A DNA stretch of 64,000 bases from Podarcis gaigeae (lineage: Eukaryota): assembly GCA_964106915.2 (NCBI GenBank), contig OZ066920.1; one strand, given 5' to 3'. This document shows, one piece after another, positions 12,245-24,829 of this stretch. A program made the position numbers and the translations under genes. The number at the start of each line of letters is the position of its first letter. The stretch's first letter is position 1. Below the pieces are notes generated by a model. The model had not been told where the DNA came from. It was given only the letters and a program-made list of their open reading frames with translations, and did not search any database.

Positions 12245-12600
12245 CTTGTTGTTGTTGTTTAGTCATTTCCGACTCTTCGTGACCCCATGGACCAGAGCAC
12301 GCCAGGCACTCCTGTCTTCCATTGCCTCCCGCAGTTTGGTCAAACTCATGTTTGCAGCTTCGAGAACACTGTCCAACCATCTCGTCCTCTGTCGTCCCCT
12401 TCTCCTTGTGCCCTCCATCTTTCCCAACATCAAGGTCTTTTCCAGGGAGTCTTCTCTTCTCATGAGGTGGCCAAAGTACTGGAGCCTCAGCTTCAGGATC
12501 TGTCCTTCCAGTGAGCACTCAGGGCTCATTTCCTTAAGAATGGATAGGTTTGATCTTCTTGCAGTCCATGGGACTCTCAAGAGTTTCCTCCAGTACCAAA
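12245..12600 (-). mobile_element. BovB LINE 3' fragment
   Basis: ORF 12263-12580; (CAA)n tail; TSD tgtgtagg. Confidence 0.92.
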
Positions 12601-13599
12601 TGTGTAGGGTTAATGTGGCTTTAAAATGTAAAATGAAAAAAGATTCACTAAATCACAGGGCAGGTAGTTAGCTAATAGATATAGTTAATGTGATAAAATC
12701 GTTGAGAAGGTGAATAAATTAAATGAAGTCAGGTATTCCAAGTGGGGGAGGGAATGGCTCTCAGTGGTAGTCCCAGATGCACATAACCCACCAGAATCAC
12801 CAACCAACCCAAGGACATAGTGTTGCTCTCCTCTGTTATGAGTCCCGTGGCAAAGCCTTTGAGAAAGTGGTTGGCTGTGGAAGTGGAATGGGAGGAGATG
12901 GAGAGTTGGAACTGAATGACCTATGAATGGGTTATTATTGCAGGGCCATTGTGTTTTCCCTGGTCTGAGTCTACCCACCACCCAACATTTCCATATCACC
13001 CCATGTTTTCTTACCCTTCATCCACTTCCCACTCAGTTACCGTTTCATAGCCTATTTGCACTCCCTGCCTTACTCATGAGGTTTTCTTTTTTAAATGGTC
13101 ATAGATTCATGGACTTCCCCAAACAAGTCATTTTTGTTGTCTTCATTTCCTCATCTGTGTTGGGCGATAATATAGTGACCTAGTTCTCAGGAGCTATAGG
13201 AGGAGAAACAAGGTTTTTTTTTGTTTTGTTTTAAAGGAGATGACCAACTTGGTTTGGGAATGGGTGGTTTTTTTTAACAGATTTTTTACCATTTAGATTT
13301 TTCTCGTTTCTTGCTGTGAGGAAGCAGGATAGGGAATTGAGGTACAGGGATGGAAGAGCAAATGATACGATGAGGTCCTGTTAGACTTGCATCAGGAAGG
13401 ACTGGATTCCAGTATGAACATTGCTCATGGTTTGGCCTTGGGCAAATCTCTTGCCTTGGTTCCCCATGGGTAGATGAAGATAATAGTTGCCTTGGTAGAT
13501 CAGGCTATGACAGTATTTTGTTTTTGACAGTGGTTACTCAAATGCCTTCTACAAGGAAGGCACAATGGTGGAGGTTGAAATATTAGAAACAGACAGATC

Positions 13600-13920
13600 T
13601 TTCATTTATCTGCTATGGCTAATGGCCATGGATAAACATACCCTCCATAAATTTGTCTAATAATTTTTCAGCAGCTGCCTACATTAAAAAAAAAAATCTA
13701 CAATCACATTTTGTAGTCATGAATTACGTGTAAATTATGAGCTGCATGAAGTAATAGCTCTTTTTGTCAGACCTAAAGTTGTCAGTCCACCTTCATTGGG
13801 TAGTTTGGGTAGTATAAGTCAGGGAGAACATTTTCATTCACAATATTCATGCCCCTTGTTTTCCTCTGGAAGCTGGAAAACTTCACTAGGGAAAATGCTC
13901 CTACTCCGTGATTATTTTAG
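13600..13920 (-). mobile_element. Old CR1 fragment (boundaries approximate)
   Basis: ccctccataaatttgtctaa and nearby motifs resemble a CR1 3' region. Confidence 0.45.
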
Positions 13921-14324
13921 TTGACCTTTTCCATATTTATTGCAGCCATTTTGAGATTGGAATAATCTAGTGATGGATTGTTTTGAGGCTAAAACTGTTG
14001 AAGATTTGGAGGCAAATTGTCAAACATCATTTCGTGTCACGCTTTTATCTTTTCATTGTTGTATCTCATTTTCTTACTTGTTTATTTTAGTAAGCAGTGC
14101 TTAGTATTTGTACAGAACAGCAGCCTATAAAAGTTAAAAGAGAAAGCCCACAAGCGCACATACAGAGGTCAGCTCAGGAGGTTTCTGCTGACAGGGACAA
14201 CCTTCCTGTTCTTTTGATGCATTTTATGTGATGTATATATTATTCAGAGGCCTCTAATATGTGGTCAATATCAGTCTCTGATTGGTGATTGGTATTGTTA
14301 CTCCTGTCTGTAAAATCAGCCCAG

Positions 14325-14325
<1 letters not shown>

Positions 14326-14355
<30 letters not shown>
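14326..14355. repeat. (ATTG)n microsatellite at an L2 tail
   Basis: direct reading. Confidence 0.9.
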
Positions 14356-14356
<1 letters not shown>

Positions 14357-15012
14357 TCAACTTATTCACTGCCCTATACCTGAAGGTCTCAGGGCAGTTC
14401 ACAACAAGACGGCAACATATAAAATCAAACCCAAAGCAGTAACCCAGAAACTCCCCCCCCCCACAAGCCACATTCTAAAAGGTTGTTGGATGTCAATAAG
14501 ATCAACCAAAAGGTAAAGGTAAAGGGACCCCTGACCATTAGGTCCAGTCGTGGCCGACTCTGGGGTTCCGGTACTCATCTCGCTTTATTGGCCAAGGGAG
14601 TCGGCCTACAGCTTCTAGGCCATGTGGCCAGCATGACTAAGCCGAACCAGAGCAGCGCATGGAAATGCCGTTTACCTTCCCCCCAGAGTGGTACCTATTT
14701 ATCTACTTGCACTTTGACGTGCTTTCGAACTGCTAGGTTGGCAGGAGCAGGGACCGAACAACGGGAGCTCACCAAAGGCCTGGTTACAAAGGAACGCTTT
14801 TGCTTGGCTCCTAAAGGTGTATAATGAAAGCGCCAGGTGAACTTCCCTGGGGAGAGCATTCCATAGATGGGGAGCCACTGCAGAGAAGGCCTGTTCTCGT
14901 GTTGCCACCCTCCGGACCTCTCAAGGAGGAGGCACACGAAGAAGGGCCTCAGATGATGAACACAGAGTCTGGGTCAGTTTATATGGGAAGAGTCGGTCCT
15001 TGAGATATTGCG
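14356..15012 (-). mobile_element. L2 LINE 3' end, interrupted by a Sauria SINE
   Basis: ORF ATREQAFSAVAPHLWNALP, an L2 C-terminal motif. Confidence 0.75.
14509..14773 (-). mobile_element. Sauria SINE (5'-truncated) nested in L2
   Basis: AAAGGTAAAGG tail; accaaa(a)gg duplicated at the flanks. Confidence 0.9.
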
Positions 15013-15335
15013 GTCCATTATAATAAGGCTTGCATTCTTAGTGCCAAACACACAGTTCCCACACTGTTGTTTATTGTGAATACAGGGGGGCAGTTTGCAG
15101 TGGAGAATTGGTGGGTGAAGGAATGGGTAAGCAGCCCATTCAGGCTCACCGGTTACCCTCTGCCTTGGAGACATGGAGGGAAGGGAATTCCACCCTTGCT
15201 TCATAATGTATAGTTCCACCCTTACTGACATTGTTGGGAGCTCATACAGAGATGAATACTCAGACAAATGACTTCATTCTCCTTTGTGGCTGCACGGTTT
15301 TATAAAGCATGTTCTCCAATAAATGAGAGCATGTG

Positions 15336-16151
15336 TTGCAGTGTGGGCCACCAGGCCAGGCCTCTTGTTGCCAGGCAGGTTAATAGTTGTTGCCTGGCAT
15401 CATTATTGGGTAACCGGGTTGCTGGGGCAAATTGTATGTTGCAAATTGGGTGGGTGGGACCATAGTCTTTAAATATTGGTGCACTCTGGTTTCTCTTTCT
15501 CTTTGCAGAGTGCATCGGATCACCCGCCCGCCCGCCCTCTTTTCCGGTTGACCTTGCTTTGCCTGTCATGGGGTCGTCTGCCTTGGCGCAGGGGCCTAGT
15601 AGGAATTTTGCCATTTGGTGATTGGCTGTGCCATTTGGTTTTTGCCTACTACTCAGCAATTCGTCACAACTTGTAAGGTTGTGGTTAGGCATTGGTTATA
15701 ATATGCTGGTGGTGGAGGGGTCAGGTTAGGCCGTGCCTGCCCCTCCTGTTGCGCTGAAGGGAATTCCGTTAAAGGAATCCTGGGGCTTGCCATGATTTCG
15801 TCCAATCCCTGTCATGGAACCAGGGCTGCCCAATCCCTGTCATGGGAATCCTTGTCATAGGACCGGGCCGGCAAGCTTTCGGGGAGTTGCTGGGGTGAGC
15901 GGCGTGGGTCCGACGCTTAGCTCAAATGATCCCCAAGTTAGACTTTCCCTTCTACTGGCTACCGATCGGACCTCGGGATGTCAGTTCTGTCCCAGGCGGG
16001 GGGACAGATAGTCATAACCAATGTCTAAACAACCACTCACTGATTTTGTATTTAATAAAGTTGTGGCCAAAATAGTGCCCAAAAACCAAAACTAAATTAC
16101 GTGTTATGTGTGAAGTTATTTGAGGGGTGGCCTGGGGACCTACACACGCAA
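15336..16151 (+). mobile_element. CpG-rich terminal-repeat-like element (DIRS/Ngaro-type or LTR candidate)
   Basis: TTGC...GCAA imperfect inverted ends; no TSD; AATAAA at 16054; CCCGCCCGCCCGCCC; sharp compositional boundaries. Confidence 0.5.
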
Positions 16152-16213
16152 AGAGAGGAAAGTTTTCCAGGTTGCAACTTGACAAACTCGTTCATTTGCT
16201 TAAAAAGAAGATA

Positions 16214-16455
16214 CAGTGGTACCTCGGGTTACATACGCTTCAGGTTATATACGCTTCAAGTTACAGACTCCGCTAACCCAGAAATAGCAGCTCAGGTTAA
16301 GAACTTTGCTTCAGGATGAGAACAGAAATTGCGTGGCGGCAGCGCAGAAGCAGTGGGAGGCCTCATTAGCTAAAGTGGTGCTTCAGGTTAAGAACAGTTT
16401 CAAGTTAAGAACGGACCTCCGGAACGAATTAAGTACGTAACCAGAGGTACCACTG
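16214..16455. mobile_element. Tigger-like MITE
   Basis: CAGTGGTACCTC TIRs; TA TSD. Confidence 0.9.
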
Positions 16456-17012
16456 TAATGGGTGGGTGTGGGCATTGTACAGCTATATCAGTTCATCCGT
16501 GTTGGAGGAAATCACAGATAAGGAAATGCCACTAACTCTCTCAAAACCTATATATCAAAAAATCTTCATAGATTTAAAATTGACAGAGAGAAATACTGTT
16601 TCATTCAGCGCGCAAGTCACCACATTTTTCGTTATTTTGCAAAAGATAGTAGCATAAATGGATATAGAAGAGGATCGTATTAAATTAACGAAGCACAGGT
16701 CCATCAATACTGATCAGCTGAGATGCATTAACCGTTAACATGGGGATGCATCTCTGTTCTTAAGGTGTCTCCACTCGCCAGTTCTCTTATTTTCTGGAAA
16801 CTGAGAGCAAACTACGGGAGGCGCATTGACTTGTAATTGTTTAATGGCTTCTTGAGTGTTGCCAGCCTGACTCCTAGGCTCATGCTGAGAAGCAGCTCTG
16901 AGAAAGTGGCTCATCATGGAATTAAGCGTAAGATTGCAGCTTTTCATGCCCCTGCACGCTGACCCATATCTGCGCAATTGCAAAACTACAAAGGTACAGG
17001 AGCTATGACTTA

Positions 17013-17275
17013 CCATATTTTTCGCTCTATAAGGCGCACCAGAGCGCAAGACGCACCTAGTTTTTGGAGGAGGTAAACAAGAAAAAAATATATATTCTGA
17101 ATCTCAGAAGCCAGAATAGCAAGAGGCATCGCTACGCAGTGAAAGCAGTAATCCCTCTTACTCTTCTGGCTTCTGGGATAGCTGTGCAGCCTGCATTCGC
17201 TCCATAAGACGCGCACACATTTCCCCTTACTTTTTAGGAGGAAAAAAAATGAGTCTTATAGAGCAAAAAATACGG
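17013..17275. mobile_element. Tc2/mariner-type MITE
   Basis: TIR CCATATTTTTCGCTCTATAAG...CTTATAGAGCAAAAAATACGG; TA TSD. Confidence 0.85.
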
Positions 17276-17921
17276 TACTCTGTATATGGTCCTTTTCTGA
17301 GGAATACTATGGGAGTAAAAAAGAAGAGCAAGATGGTTTGTTTGTTTTTAATCCCTCCAAAGATCTCTTATGCGGACCATTGCCCTGGTCCTATCAGCCG
17401 CCACCAGTGTGGTAGAGTGAGAGTGGGAAATATTTGGCATTGTTCACTTAATTAAATACGTTTTGATTAGTCATCACTATTCAAATTCAAATTCAAAATC
17501 CTTTATTAGGCATAGTCATCACTATTAAGAGCACACAGAGTTCCTATTAGTGTTCTTTAGACATAGGCGACATTTTTTCCCGTGGTTCATTTGGAATATG
17601 ACGATGAAATGTGATCTAATTTGAACAGTAATTGTTTGCGTTAGATGTTGTACCAGTACGAATTATCTTTTGTGAATAAGAGTACAAAGTGCGGCGGAAT
17701 CTCTTTGAGCATCTTACGACCTTGGTTCTCTCTAGAACTGAATGTTGTCAGATTTCTGCTGCAAAATGAAAAGCATTATAAATGCTTGTTGTACACCCAG
17801 TGCTAGGGATGGAAATTTATCTCTTCCCCCTCTCCCCTTTTTTGCACATTGAGATAAGTAGACCAGAGGAAACATCTCATTAGCTACATCAATTCTGCTG
17901 CATTAGAGAAATACTTTGCAC

Positions 17922-18059
17922 CAGGGCTTTTTTTCCAACCAGAACTCAGCAGAACTCAGTTCTGGCACCTCTCAGGTGGGTGCCATTGCCATTCTAAGAG
18001 AACAAGGGAGGTGTTCATTCTGAGTTCCAGCACCTCTTTTTTCTAGAAAAACAGCACTG
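17922..18059. mobile_element. hAT MITE
   Basis: CAGGGCT...AGCACTG ends; 8-bp TSD ctttgcac. Confidence 0.88.
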
Positions 18060-18658
18060 CTTTGCACACAGCTAAAGAACTGTGGCCTATCTTGCCTGGC
18101 ACAGAGGAAAAAAGGAAGTAAAAATGGGAAGATAAATAAAGTGATACCCATATTAACTTTCCATTGCTCTAAGAGGCATAGTATACCTCTAGTTCCAGTC
18201 CTGGTTGCTCCTGCTATTAAGGTGGGATGCATTTTATAAACAAACAAATAAATACATTTACTGGTGTTTGTGGATGTGGGCTTTTGCTCTGGCATACAGT
18301 ACTGTCTTGTCACACTGCAGAAAGCAAAAGTTATTTCTATATTATTAACAGACGTGAGAACGTAGTATATCTAAAGCTACTTCAGGAAATAATAATGAGA
18401 AATTTATAGGGTGCTGTCTTTCAGAAGTTGTTGTGATTGCTTTTATGTTTGCTGTGGGCCTTATGTAAGACTCACCCATCCCCCTTCGCGCTATACTCCA
18501 GACTGGCATAGCACAGTGGCTAAAAAACAGAGCTACAAATCAGGAAGTCCCTGAATCTTGCATCTGCCGTGATTTTACTATGTAGCCTCTCAAACCACTC
18601 TTTCAGACTACCCTCTGCCCCTCCCCACCTGATGATCAGTGTGGTGCAGTGGTTAGAG

Positions 18659-18911
18659 CATGGGTAGGCAAACTAAGGCCCGGGGGCCAGATCCGGCCCA
18701 ATCGCCTTCTAAATCCAGCCTGCGGACGGTCCAGGAATCAGCGTGTTTCTACATGAGTAGAATGTGTCCTTTTATTTAAAATGCATCTCTGGGTTATTTG
18801 GGGGGCATAGGAATTTGTTCATCCCCTACCAAAAAAAAATATAGTCTGGCTCCTCACAAGGTCTGAGGGACAGTGGACTGGCCCCCTGATGAAAATGTTT
18901 GCTGACCCCTG
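18659..18911. mobile_element. hAT (Charlie-like) MITE inserted in an older tRNA-SINE head (about 18635-18962)
   Basis: CATGGGTAGGCAAAC...GTTTGCTGACCCCTG; 8-bp TSD ggttagag. Confidence 0.88.
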
Positions 18912-19033
18912 GGTTAGAGTGTTGGACTAAGACCTGGGAGATCAGAGTTCAGATCCCCACTTGATTTACCTTGGAACCTGTGTCTTAACTAAATCAAGTG
19001 ACAAGGCACTTTGTTTATTTATTTATTTATGTT

Positions 19034-19378
19034 GCGGGTGGCGCTGTGGGTTAAACCACAGAGCCTAGGGCTTGCCGATCGGAAGGTCGGCGGTTCGAAT
19101 CCCTGCGATGGGGTGAGCTCCTGTTGCTCGGTCCCTGCTTCTGCCAACCTAGCAGTTTGAAAGCACGTCAAAGTGCAAGTAGATAAATAGGTACCGCTCC
19201 AGCGGGAAGGTAAACGGCGTTTCCGTTTCACCAGAAGCGGCTTAGTCATGCTGGCCACATGACCTGGAGAAACTGTCTGCGGACAAAACGCCAGCTCCCT
19301 CGGCTAGTAAAGAGAGATGGGCGCCGCAACCCCAGAGTCGTTCGCGACTGGACTTAACTGTCAGGGGTCCTTTACCTT
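19034..19378 (+). mobile_element. Sauria SINE
   Basis: GCGGGTGGCGCTGTGGGTTAAACC head; TTTACCTTT tail. Confidence 0.9.
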
Positions 19379-19421
19379 TTTTGAGTTACTTTATGATCTC
19401 CGTTTAGCAGCCAGTGGCTCT

Positions 19422-19555
19422 TTTGACAGTGGAATTTGCTGCCAAGGAATGTGGTGGAGTCTCCTTCTTTGGAGGTCTTTAAGCAGAGGCTTGACAACCA
19501 TATGTCAGGAGTGCTCTGATGGTGTTTCCTGCTTGGCAGGGGGTTGGACTCGATG
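19422..19555 (+). mobile_element. Internal fragment of the young CR1 family
   Basis: near-identical to about 3736-3868 but lacks the terminal repeat. Confidence 0.88.
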
Positions 19556-20113
19556 ACTGTCCTTTGATGTCTGCAGCACTGGGTGATGGTTCCCTTGCAC
19601 AGAAGAGCTATAGTAGAGCTAACACTTCTGACAGAACTTCAATGTCTTCCTCACATTCAGTGCTTCCCAATGGAGGCAGTTCACACATCCAGCTGCCATC
19701 CGTCAAGTGCTGAACCACCAACCAAAGGATGAGAAACCCAGTGAGATAATACATGTATAGACTAGTTTCTCCCAAAATTCACATTAAGGAGGTGACTTTC
19801 AGTAGCAATGACCCCACACTAGAATACTTTGCATTATGAATAATGGAAGATACAACTTTTGTAATTACTCAGTAGCTATGACTTGGATCTCAGGTGTTTT
19901 CTCTGTGTATGTAAAAGGGTGGTGCTTGGCAATGCCCCCCTGCCAATATATACCCACACCAGCAGCTGTTGGCAGGGTGGTGTTCTCTGAATGTCCAGCT
20001 CCTGCATTACAGGGAGGGGTGAGGCAGTGGCGAGGTCAGTGTGGTGCAAACACACTGGCAGGAGTGCATGGTTAGCTCCATTGGTGCTTTTGCACTATGC
20101 TGACTTTGCTGCT

Positions 20114-20116
<3 letters not shown>

Positions 20117-20154
<38 letters not shown>
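20117..20154. repeat. (AC)n microsatellite
   Basis: direct reading. Confidence 0.95.
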
Positions 20155-20156
<2 letters not shown>

Positions 20157-20921
20157 CTCTCCCTGTAAGCAGCAGTAACAAAGGTGGCAGGCAGTCAGGT
20201 GAGCACCGCTACCCTCCCCTGCTGACTGCTCCTGCCTCACACCGTTCCCAAGTTTGTGTGTTTTCAGTTCTGCTTCCTGTATGTGGAGTTGGTTGACTTC
20301 TTCCTTATTTAACACAGGCACAAGCTTAATTGGCTGGAGCATGCACACACAAAAATCTGCACAGTTATTCACACCCAAGTACATTTCCTGTGCTTATGTG
20401 TTATATATTGGATGGGTCTGCCTATATTGAGGCTTTCAGCTTAACTATGTGCAATCCACACCTTTCTTTTCTGTGTTTCCTTGCCTGCAATGGAATTGAT
20501 AAAATAATTGACTCCCTGTGTGTATATGTGACCTTTAAGTTAATTGCTTGTCAGCCCTGCAAGAATGCAACATTTATTTATATAGATATTGCCTGCGATT
20601 TGGATGGGGGTGGGCGGTTGATCTATCTATCTTTGCAGTGATAGACTTGGCTTTGGGCAGCTATTCAGCATAAAAAGACCAATGGTCTTCGCCAGCAGAT
20701 GCCCCTATATCATCATTATTGCATAACTGCTCCAGCACAGCCTTGCACAAGTGTCAGGTTACTTTATAAAATGGGTTCTGTAAGTGTAATTCTCTTTAGT
20801 TCATCAAGTTCTCTGATTTCCAAGTGTATTTTTAATAAGAAAAGTCCAGAATAGATAGTTGATCTCATTGTCATTTAGAGTGAACTGTAGCTTTATAAGG
20901 TTGTCTATTTACTTTATTTAG

Positions 20922-20982
20922 GGTCAAGTTATGTTCAGAAATGGAGAGAGGATGGGGACAATCAAATTTACACAGTTCCAAG
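20922..20982 (+). CDS. GABBR2: GABA-B receptor 2 coding exon (probable exon 8; [20 protein letters not shown], phase 0-1)
   Basis: tttatttAG acceptor and GTaggt donor; 61 nt; matches recalled human [20 protein letters not shown]; not in the ORF track. Confidence 0.95.
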
Positions 20983-22089
20983 GTAGGTGACAGATATTTA
21001 TTTATCCATTTGCATTTATATTATTGCGGTTTGTAAAGCATGCAAATATGAGATGCATTTGTCCTAATAGCCACTTTGCACTGTATAGTAGGTTGAAAGG
21101 AAATTAACTGAATATGTGGTAATAAAACGTGGCAGAATGCCCAGAAATAATGGGTTCTCCTTTTTGTCAGTGGGGCGGGGGAATGCATTGTGTGAAACTC
21201 TCTCTACTCTCTCTCTCTACAAAGAAGGCTGGCCTTCTTTGCTTACAAAAATACATGGCAACCTACATGTGATCTGGCATACAGAGTGGATAAGTGTGCT
21301 GAAAATGTATTTTATAGAAATAACATGTGCTAACCTCTTGTCCCGCCTGAAAAGTGAGACATATTTAGAACTTAGAAAATGAGAGCTACTGCTCTAATAA
21401 GTCATTTTCTACTGGCTTACTTTCCTTAAAGAAATAAAAAAATAAAATTTAAAATATATTTTGAAACCTAATCATTGATGAGGAATTACAACAGTGCAGT
21501 GACTTGGGTTAGTTCCAGGCGTACAGCTTAACTCCTCCCTTGTAGAGAGGGTTTTCATGCTCCAGACTTGATCAGCCAGCTTCCTCATGTCTTCCCTGTT
21601 AAGCTATATATTCCTTGAAACATTTCATAACATTTGGATTATTGGGGGGAAAAACACTTTTTTTCCTTACATTCTCACACCATGTTTAAAAGATCGTACT
21701 GAAGGGTTTTTTATGATCAGATCATTAGGGCTGTCAGTTGATTACATAACCTTTAGTTGCCTGAGAACACAATCCTATGCATGGTTCCTTAAAACTAATT
21801 CAAACTAATTTGCTCTCTCTCTTTTGCTCTCTCGCTCTCATACACACTTCCCTCTGAAAGAAAATATCAAAGGCCAAACAAAACAAAACTTAGACCATTG
21901 CATTTGGGACCCACATCAATTGGGATGTGGAACTAAGTGCTTGTCCTCACTTCTGCCTGGAAGCATGGGTCTGAGGGGTTTTCCCCCTTTCCTGCTCCTT
22001 TCCCGCTGTTTAGCGATAGATAGGAACAAATGGCAATCTGGAGAAAACCTGAATTGCTGTCTCCTCTGATAAAGCACCAAAGAATGGTT

Positions 22090-22880
22090 TTCCCCAGGGG
22101 GAAGCAGCAGGCAAGATGAAGTATGGATAACCCCTGAGAGTGTTTTGGATGCAGGGAGTGTGGCTCTACTAGTCCTCCTGGAGTTCTTGGTGGTTTTCAG
22201 TACCATCTACCATGGTTTCCTTCTTGATTTCCTGGCTGGGTTGGGCCTTGTGGAAATTGTATTTCGGGGGATCTGGTCTTGTATGTTGGACTGTGTCCAG
22301 AAAGTGGTTCTGAGTTCTGCTGTTTGACACCAGAGGCTTGGCTTGTGGTATGCAACAGGGTTCTGTTCTGTCCCCAGTGCTGTTTAACATCCACACAATA
22401 TATACTGGGAGATGGCATTCAGAGTTTTGGAGTTAAGAACTGCCAGTATGCTGACGACGTTTGGCTCTATTGCTCCTTGTGCAAAGATAAAAGTTGATAC
22501 CCTTGAATGTTGCCGGGTGGAGTGGATGAGAGTGAATAAGATGAGAATAAATCCAGGCATGGCAGGTTTGGTGTTGTCTTGGGAACTGAGATTCAGCATG
22601 TTCTGGAAATCGCTTAGGTGTGTTTCTTGATCCTGTGTTGTCCCTGGATTCTCAGGTTGTGGCAGTGGCAAGGTGTGTTTCTGCAGTTACATCTGGTGCA
22701 CCAGCTGTGACCTTTCCCAAGTCAATCTTCTCCATGTTACCCACAACACACTCCACACAGGGCTACCCTTGAGGAGCAACCACAAGCTTCAGTTGGTGCA
22801 AAACCAGTGCATGATATCAAGGTAATGCATCGCTGATACTGAAAGATCCCTATTTTCCCCTCTCTGCTCAGTTCAAAGAT
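22090..22880 (+). mobile_element. Decayed L2 reverse-transcriptase region (boundaries approximate)
   Basis: ALLVLLEFLVVFSTIYHG (compare LLDLSAAFDTIDH) and QYADD motifs; frameshifted. Confidence 0.7.
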
Positions 22881-24140
22881 CTCATATGAGGAGCAGGTCT
22901 AAGAGGAGGATCAGTCCTGAAGCAAAAGATCTACTGTAGTATACATATAATCTTCAGTCGGAAGCAATTGTTTTCAAACCTACTGACTGCCCCTCTTTCA
23001 TGGAAATATGCAGTTGTGCTCATGGCATCCCCGTGAATTTCTGCTGCACTTGCTGTTCCCTGGATCATGGCCAAAGGCTATGATTTAATTGAGTCCCACA
23101 TCACATCTGCACTTCTCAGCTATCAGAAAATGGAAATACTTGCACTCACAGATCCATGTCTTTTAGAGGTGACAATGGTATATGATTGCATGCACGCTTC
23201 ATTGTTAAGTTTGTGGTTGGTTAGAGGTTACTGTATTTTACTTAGGCCTTTCTGACTTCACTAGGCTTCGCAAATTCCTTTATTTTTTTATCATGGCAAT
23301 TTGAAAATCCTTCTTTGCTGGAATGTCAATGGCTTGGCTGGGGTGGAGGGAATTTCATATGGTAAGTGCCTGGTAGGAACAATTTTAAGTACCATTGTAT
23401 CTCTGCTACCTATTATCTGTTTCTAGTGGGACTTTGTCACAAAGATGTGGTTGTTGCAGTTCCATTGCAATTTCACGTGTAACAAAATGTATAGTTCAGC
23501 TTTTGCTTTCTAAATGAAATCTTTTGAAAAAGCATGCATTGTTTGAAATCTTTGGAGCTCACTTATCTTCTTTGCTAGTATATCCACCATGTTAAAATCT
23601 GCACCAAGACGTTCATTCCTCCCTCTTTTTACATCGCTAACAATTTCTTCCTTGAAGCTTTTTTTTAAAGCCAGTTTTCCTTCTGGGCCTACAGCCAAGT
23701 TGATAGGGATGTATGAAAATATTGTGAATGGGCTTTGATTAGTGCTAGTTAAAACCCAAAAGATTTGGAAGAGTTTTATGTAGATTCTGCCTGGAGGAAA
23801 TTGAGTACTATTTCTGTGCATGGAAAATAATTAGGTAGAAAGGATGGGTGACTGTTTCACACGTACATGAATATCCACTTGCTTTCTTTACAAGTGACTG
23901 GCAGCTCAGTATGTGAAGCCACTCCATTTAAAAACAATGTCATTGAGGTGACATGAAAGTTCGTTTTGCAGTGCTAAATCAGTGATAGCCAATGCCCCAA
24001 GACACCGCTCGTCATTGTGAACTAGCCCTTAATTGCTCCATCTTTTTCACTAGCTCTAGGTATATGTAGTTTGCAGATCAGGAAAAAAAGCACGAGTCCT
24101 TATTCAGACGATTTGGAGAAACTTGATTTTATTCCAGCTA

Positions 24141-24347
24141 CAGCGGACGCTTGGGTTGCGAACGTGATCTGTGTGGGATGCACGTTCGCAACCTGAAGCA
24201 CTGCGTCTGCACATGCGCATGGTGTGATTCAGTGCTTCTGCACATGCGTGGCCCCCGGAAGTAACCCGTTCCGGTACTTCCAGGTTTTGGCGAGTCCATA
24301 ACCCGAAAAAATGCAACCTGAAGCATGTGTAGCCTGAGGTATGACTG
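24141..24347. mobile_element. Tigger-like MITE (CAGTCATACCTC family)
   Basis: ends GAGGTATGACTG; TA flanks; related to the 43153 copy. Confidence 0.8.
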
Positions 24348-24829
24348 TAATTGAAAAATTTGTACAGACATGCTATAGCTTGCTCTTGTTAGTTATTTTC
24401 TACTTTTTACATCTCTCATTGCTTCCCTACAATAAATGCCTCCAAGGCACTCACTGGCTCAAATACTATTTTTTTTTCTTTAGCAAGTTGGAAATCAGGA
24501 GAAAAATCTGTTCATTTCCCTGAGTTCTTCCATCATTACATATTGATCACAATCCAGCACAAAGTTAGAAATGCATAAGCTCTTTGAAATAAATTGAATT
24601 AAGTGTTCATTTGTGCTAGATTGTGGCTAATGTACTAAAGCTCACTGCAGTCTATGCCTTCACAATGTAAGTACAACATACTGCCTTTACTACATTATAA
24701 TAAATATATAGGACAAAAGCTAAAATACATGTACTGCCTACTGATTTGAGTAGGGCTCTTCGCATGCTTAACTTTCTCTGCACTTTCCTTCAGATTTCAT
24801 GTCTTGCGAAAACTCTTTCTGTATTGTGC

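Noticed and set aside
20983-20990. Tandem donor GTAGGTGA (+4 alternative)
   Set aside because: Frameshifting and common by chance; no support from sequence alone
23510-23821. 103-aa ORF with GADFN, and ORFs around 60000-60450
   Set aside because: Only faint LINE-endonuclease resemblance; no convincing homology or splice structure
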